Assembly: GCA_964234715.1 (NCBI GenBank)
Contig: OZ174285.1
DNA from: Podarcis melisellensis
Taxonomy: Eukaryota
Length of the DNA stretch: 64,000 bases
Direction: 5' to 3' (one strand)
Shown one piece after another: positions 60,251 to 64,000 of the stretch. A model generated the notes under the pieces. That model was given only the letters and a program-made list of their open reading frames with translations. It searched no databases and had not been told where the DNA came from. Both the position numbers and the translations under genes were made by a program. Numbering within the stretch: the stretch's first letter is position 1; each line of letters begins with the position of its first letter.

Positions 60251-63200
60251 TCTAACACACTTCTTTGTATGCAATTTGCCTAATGTGAACATTTTTGCAA
60301 AGCATTTTTGACTGTAATGCATTTCTGTATGTTATTTTCACTATTATATGCATGCTTTTACCCTAGTATATGCATTTTCGTTGCACATTACCTGGCTGTG
60401 GAACTGCATTGAATAACTCAGAAAGGGGCGAATTTTGAAGTATGTCTATGTTTCAGTTTGCATATCGTTTTGCAAAATGCAAATTAGGCAAGTTTGCTTT
60501 ACGTGGGGGATTTCTACCCCTTCTGCAGATACAACCTGTTAGGAACGGGCCTGAGTGAGGAAGTTCCCAATGGTTCTTACCATGTTTCTTGTTCCTGGTT
60601 AGAACAACTCAAGGAGCAGTTGAAGGTCCCACGTAGCCTCTGCCTCTGCTACACTAGCTATAACAATCAGCACTCCTCCTTTAAGACAGAAGCAGTTATT
60701 CTGTGTGCCTAAACAAATGGTAGCTTTATCCATGATAACATTGCATTCTGTATTTTTGGTGCTGCTTTTCTAATTCTTATTCTCCATTTAATAGACTGCC
60801 TATTTGTAAGATTTGTTTAATGCTTCTAAACATAGCTTCAGTTTAGCCTTTTTCCCTCCTCCCCCTTCTTCTTAGACTCCTTTTGTATTTAGCTCATTCC
60901 TTCTCATGCTTGTGATCTGTGTCCTTATTCCAGGCAGGGCAAACCCCTGTATTTTCTAGTCTACTGAGATCCCGTTCCTGCCAAAGGAAAGGAAGAAAGA
61001 GAGGACTATTTTCCTTGTATCTCCCTTTTCTTCTATGAAAAATCTTGCAACAAAGAATACGGCTCCTTTTCCCTGTAGTGTGAAGAGATTTCAGACAAAA
61101 CACTTAACCTGCATCCAATCAGGATTTGCTGCCTCTGGTTGCCAAGGGAACTTCTTTATATTCACATCATTTTAGCATAACTCAATGACTACAGTTATTT
61201 GCGCTGACTTGGTGGGAAAGCACTGTGCGTTGGTGACTTTTCCAGTGTTTTCTCTAGTGTTTTGGGTAAGCCTTGCTGGAGAATATCCATTATTTCTCCG
61301 TAACACATAGCTAACAGAAAATGGCCATTGTAAGGAAACGATATAATACACACACAAGCGAAACATGCACAGGAATATTACCCATTGTCCAGAATATATA
61401 GCGAAAGTTGTTATTCATTGCATATTTGGTGAAGGATCAGTTTTCTAAAACCTAGTTCACCTTGAAGCTTTTTGCAGCAGCGACGAAACGATTCCTGAAT
61501 CTATCCCATCTGTGGTGGGGAAGACCAAAAAGGAATGTTGCCTGTGTAATGTCAGAGATCAGTATCTGCCTCTGTTCTGAGTCATAATGAAAGTCAGTAG
61601 TGCTCTGTATAATACATACAGATAATGCATGAATATATCCAGTGGAAATCTGGTAGCCTTCCATATTAACTTCAGTATAATATGTTGTGGTTGTGTATTG
61701 AGTATTCCTTCTGAATCTCACCTGGTACATTTCGGAGAATAAGCATGTAGACTGCAGAATATATTTATATTTATTTTTCAGGTGTGGCTTTGTTAATAAC
61801 TGTTAAACTTCATCCAAAGTTGGCTAATGGGCAGAGAGAAAACTCTCTCCTGCCCAGTCTACAGTGCCATTGATCCTCACCCAAACAGCCCAAAAATCAT
61901 ATTAAGACCTCCAGCTGCCCTTGCTGCCTTTGTCAGCAGCTAGAAAAGACATTTATTAGGTATATGGCAAGCTAGTGCCATTAATTTTCTTTGTGTAGCT
62001 AGTTAAGAGCCCATTAAATTTCACAGGTAAAGGGAATACAGAACATGCCCTGAATTCATCTCTTTGTGGGAATGAATAGGCTGCGTATATAAATGGAAAA
62101 AGGTGTTGCGTAAAATTATATGGGTCTCTGCTCATGAACAGATTTCAGATCATATTCTATTTAGGCTAAAAATGTGCATCTTACATCCCAAGGGCTTGTT
62201 CACACATTCCTGTTAACTGTTTGATAACTGCAGCAATGCCTTGTATGCGTGTATGAACCAGCAGAGAGTTAGATACAATTTTAACATTACTAGAAATGTT
62301 GAGCTTGAAGCATTTAGCTGCTAGTCATTCCATGTAATCAAGTTACCAAGCTGATGCTGCAACACAATAACATGGTTGCCCCAATGAAAACTGTTCAAGT
62401 AATGTGCCTGCATTTGTGAATCAGCCCTAAATGTCTGGAATCTGACAAAATGTCTGTAGCCATCTAATCTTCAGCAAACCTGCAAGCATCTTAGGGGTGT
62501 GTGTTAATAAAGTTGAAGCAAGCTACTAGGCTTGAGAAGAACAGATACACACACACACACACACTTTGGAGGGATGGGGGAGAGAAAGTGCAGGAGGCTG
62601 AATATGTTCTGTCTTCCACTCCTGTTCCAAGGATCATAAAAATTTCACAACCCTCCCCCGCCCCGTTTACTTAGCATTGCTGTGCCCTAGATCTGACAAT
62701 ATATACCTCCAGTAGCTATAATGAAATCCATGGAAAGGAGGCACAAAGAATCGGGGGGGGGGAGGGGGAGGAAGACATCAAATGATGGCAGCTTTTATTC
62801 CCTGCTGTTGAACTGAAAATGGGTAGATAGTTTGCAACCAAGGCTGGGGGAAAAAGCATTTAAACTTTATTTACAAGACAATAAATAATACAAAACCTAC
62901 CTGACAAATACTGGAGATGAGTGCTGTCATTGAATTCTTATATTGTAGCTGGTGATATTTTCTTTGAGACTCACTGAAATGAGCCATAAGTACTATTTTG
63001 GGGAGGAAAATGTTTTTACAGAGGCCCAAACAGTGCCATTGTTGCGGAAACATTGTGTGTTAGATGTGCAGTCAAATTGCTTGCCTTTATCACGTTTACG
63101 TGATGTATTAACTCCTCCGTTTATACACGGGGATATCAAATTTGTAGATTCAGACATTGTAGAGCTGCACATCTTTGTCCTGGCCTTTGTCTGACCCACC

Positions 63201-63382
63201 TTGCAAGGATTGCTGCCCCAGGTAGTTTACTCTGAGATCTAAATAGTGACGCGTTTAAAACACACAATAAGAGCTTAGTTTGGAACAAGGATTTCACCAC
63301 AAATCTTATCCTCCATGCCAGCATTAGCAAGATGTGATTTGTGGGGGTCCCAGCCTGAGCACATTCATGTCCCTTGCTAGGA

Positions 63383-63630
63383 GATTCCTGCTTTGTAGGG
63401 GGTTGGACCATATCTTTCAACTTTCAGATTTGAAAATAAGGGATCAGCAGCCTCACCTGTCCTAGGGACAGTCTACAGCCTATCTAAGAATCCGGGATAG
63501 CAGCAGGAAGCAGCGGGAAACGGCACTGGAATAAGGGAATTTCCCGCAAAAAAAGGGAAGGTTGACAGCTAAGGGTTGGACTAGATGGCCCTTGGGTCCC
63601 ATCCAGCTCTAAGATTCTGTGATTCTATGA
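63383..63630 (+). mobile_element. CR1 terminal fragment interrupted by a hAT MITE
   Basis: gattcctgctttgtagggggttggac | tagatggcccttgggtcccatccagctctaagattctgtgattctatga, ending in the canonical CR1 (ATTCTRTG)n repeat. Confidence 0.85.
63409..63573. mobile_element. 165-bp hAT MITE
   Basis: TIR catatctttcaac ... gttgacagctaag. Perfect 8-bp TSD ggttggac at 63401-63408 and 63574-63581. Confidence 0.9.
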
Positions 63631-64000
63631 AATGCCAGGCTATGTGCTACAAGAACTTAAAAAAATATTTGCATGACAATGCTGCTAGATTTTTCTTAAA
63701 CTCAAATAGAGCTGACTGAAGTGCCATATCACATTAAGGAAAGTAAACTGTATTCCATTTCCAAAGACTTAATTTTCAAACATATTACTCCCTCCAATAT
63801 TGAACTCTGGTAGAGAGCAAACAGGATAGGAGGCAAAAGGGGAACCACTGAGAAACAGGTGAGATGTATTTACATACTTAGATGAACTCGTACGGTGAAG
63901 TCTAGAAGATTTTTTTTTTTCTTTTAAACCCAACAGGGAGAAAAAGCACACATGCCTAAAACAATTCATTGGGGGAGAGGGGTTAGTTTGGTCTGTTTGA

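Noticed and set aside
1-64000. CRISPR arrays, operons, endogenous viral ORFs, nested protein-coding genes
   Set aside because: No regularly spaced repeat-spacer arrays. The remaining 60-140 aa ORFs lack recognisable domains and fit random expectation for intronic DNA.

Overview
Vertebrate intronic DNA, most likely from a squamate and probably a lacertid lizard judging by its repeat families (inference). The + strand carries six coding exons of MCTP1 (multiple C2 and transmembrane domain protein 1), covering the third C2 domain, the linker, the first hydrophobic membrane segment and the acidic stretch. All have canonical AG/GT boundaries and compatible phases. A seventh expected exon (IQNGEQK...IFNA in orthologues) is not visible and most likely lies in the 476-N gap at 5181-5656. 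The rest is intron (34.4 kb, 10.3 kb and over 11.6 kb) containing hAT, Harbinger-like, Tc1 and Tigger DNA transposon derivatives, L2, CR1, RTE, Penelope and DIRS remnants, a solo LTR, a tRNA-derived SINE and microsatellites. Several repeat-poor, motif-dense blocks could be long-range enhancers of the NR2F1 regulatory landscape. The most interesting structure is at 24285-27223: an L2 LINE with a twin-priming-type 5' inversion, later hit by two insertions. One is a 109-bp hAT MITE. The other is a complete 1.13-kb, RT-less, polyadenylated retroposon with a 17-bp TSD, whose first 35 nt hold a near-consensus CTCF motif and a YY1 motif followed by hairpins. Just upstream is an inverted pair of Penelope ends with hammerhead ribozyme cores. 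Repeat family names come from my recollection of consensus sequences, not from a database search. No prokaryotic features, CRISPR arrays or intact transposase/RT genes were seen.
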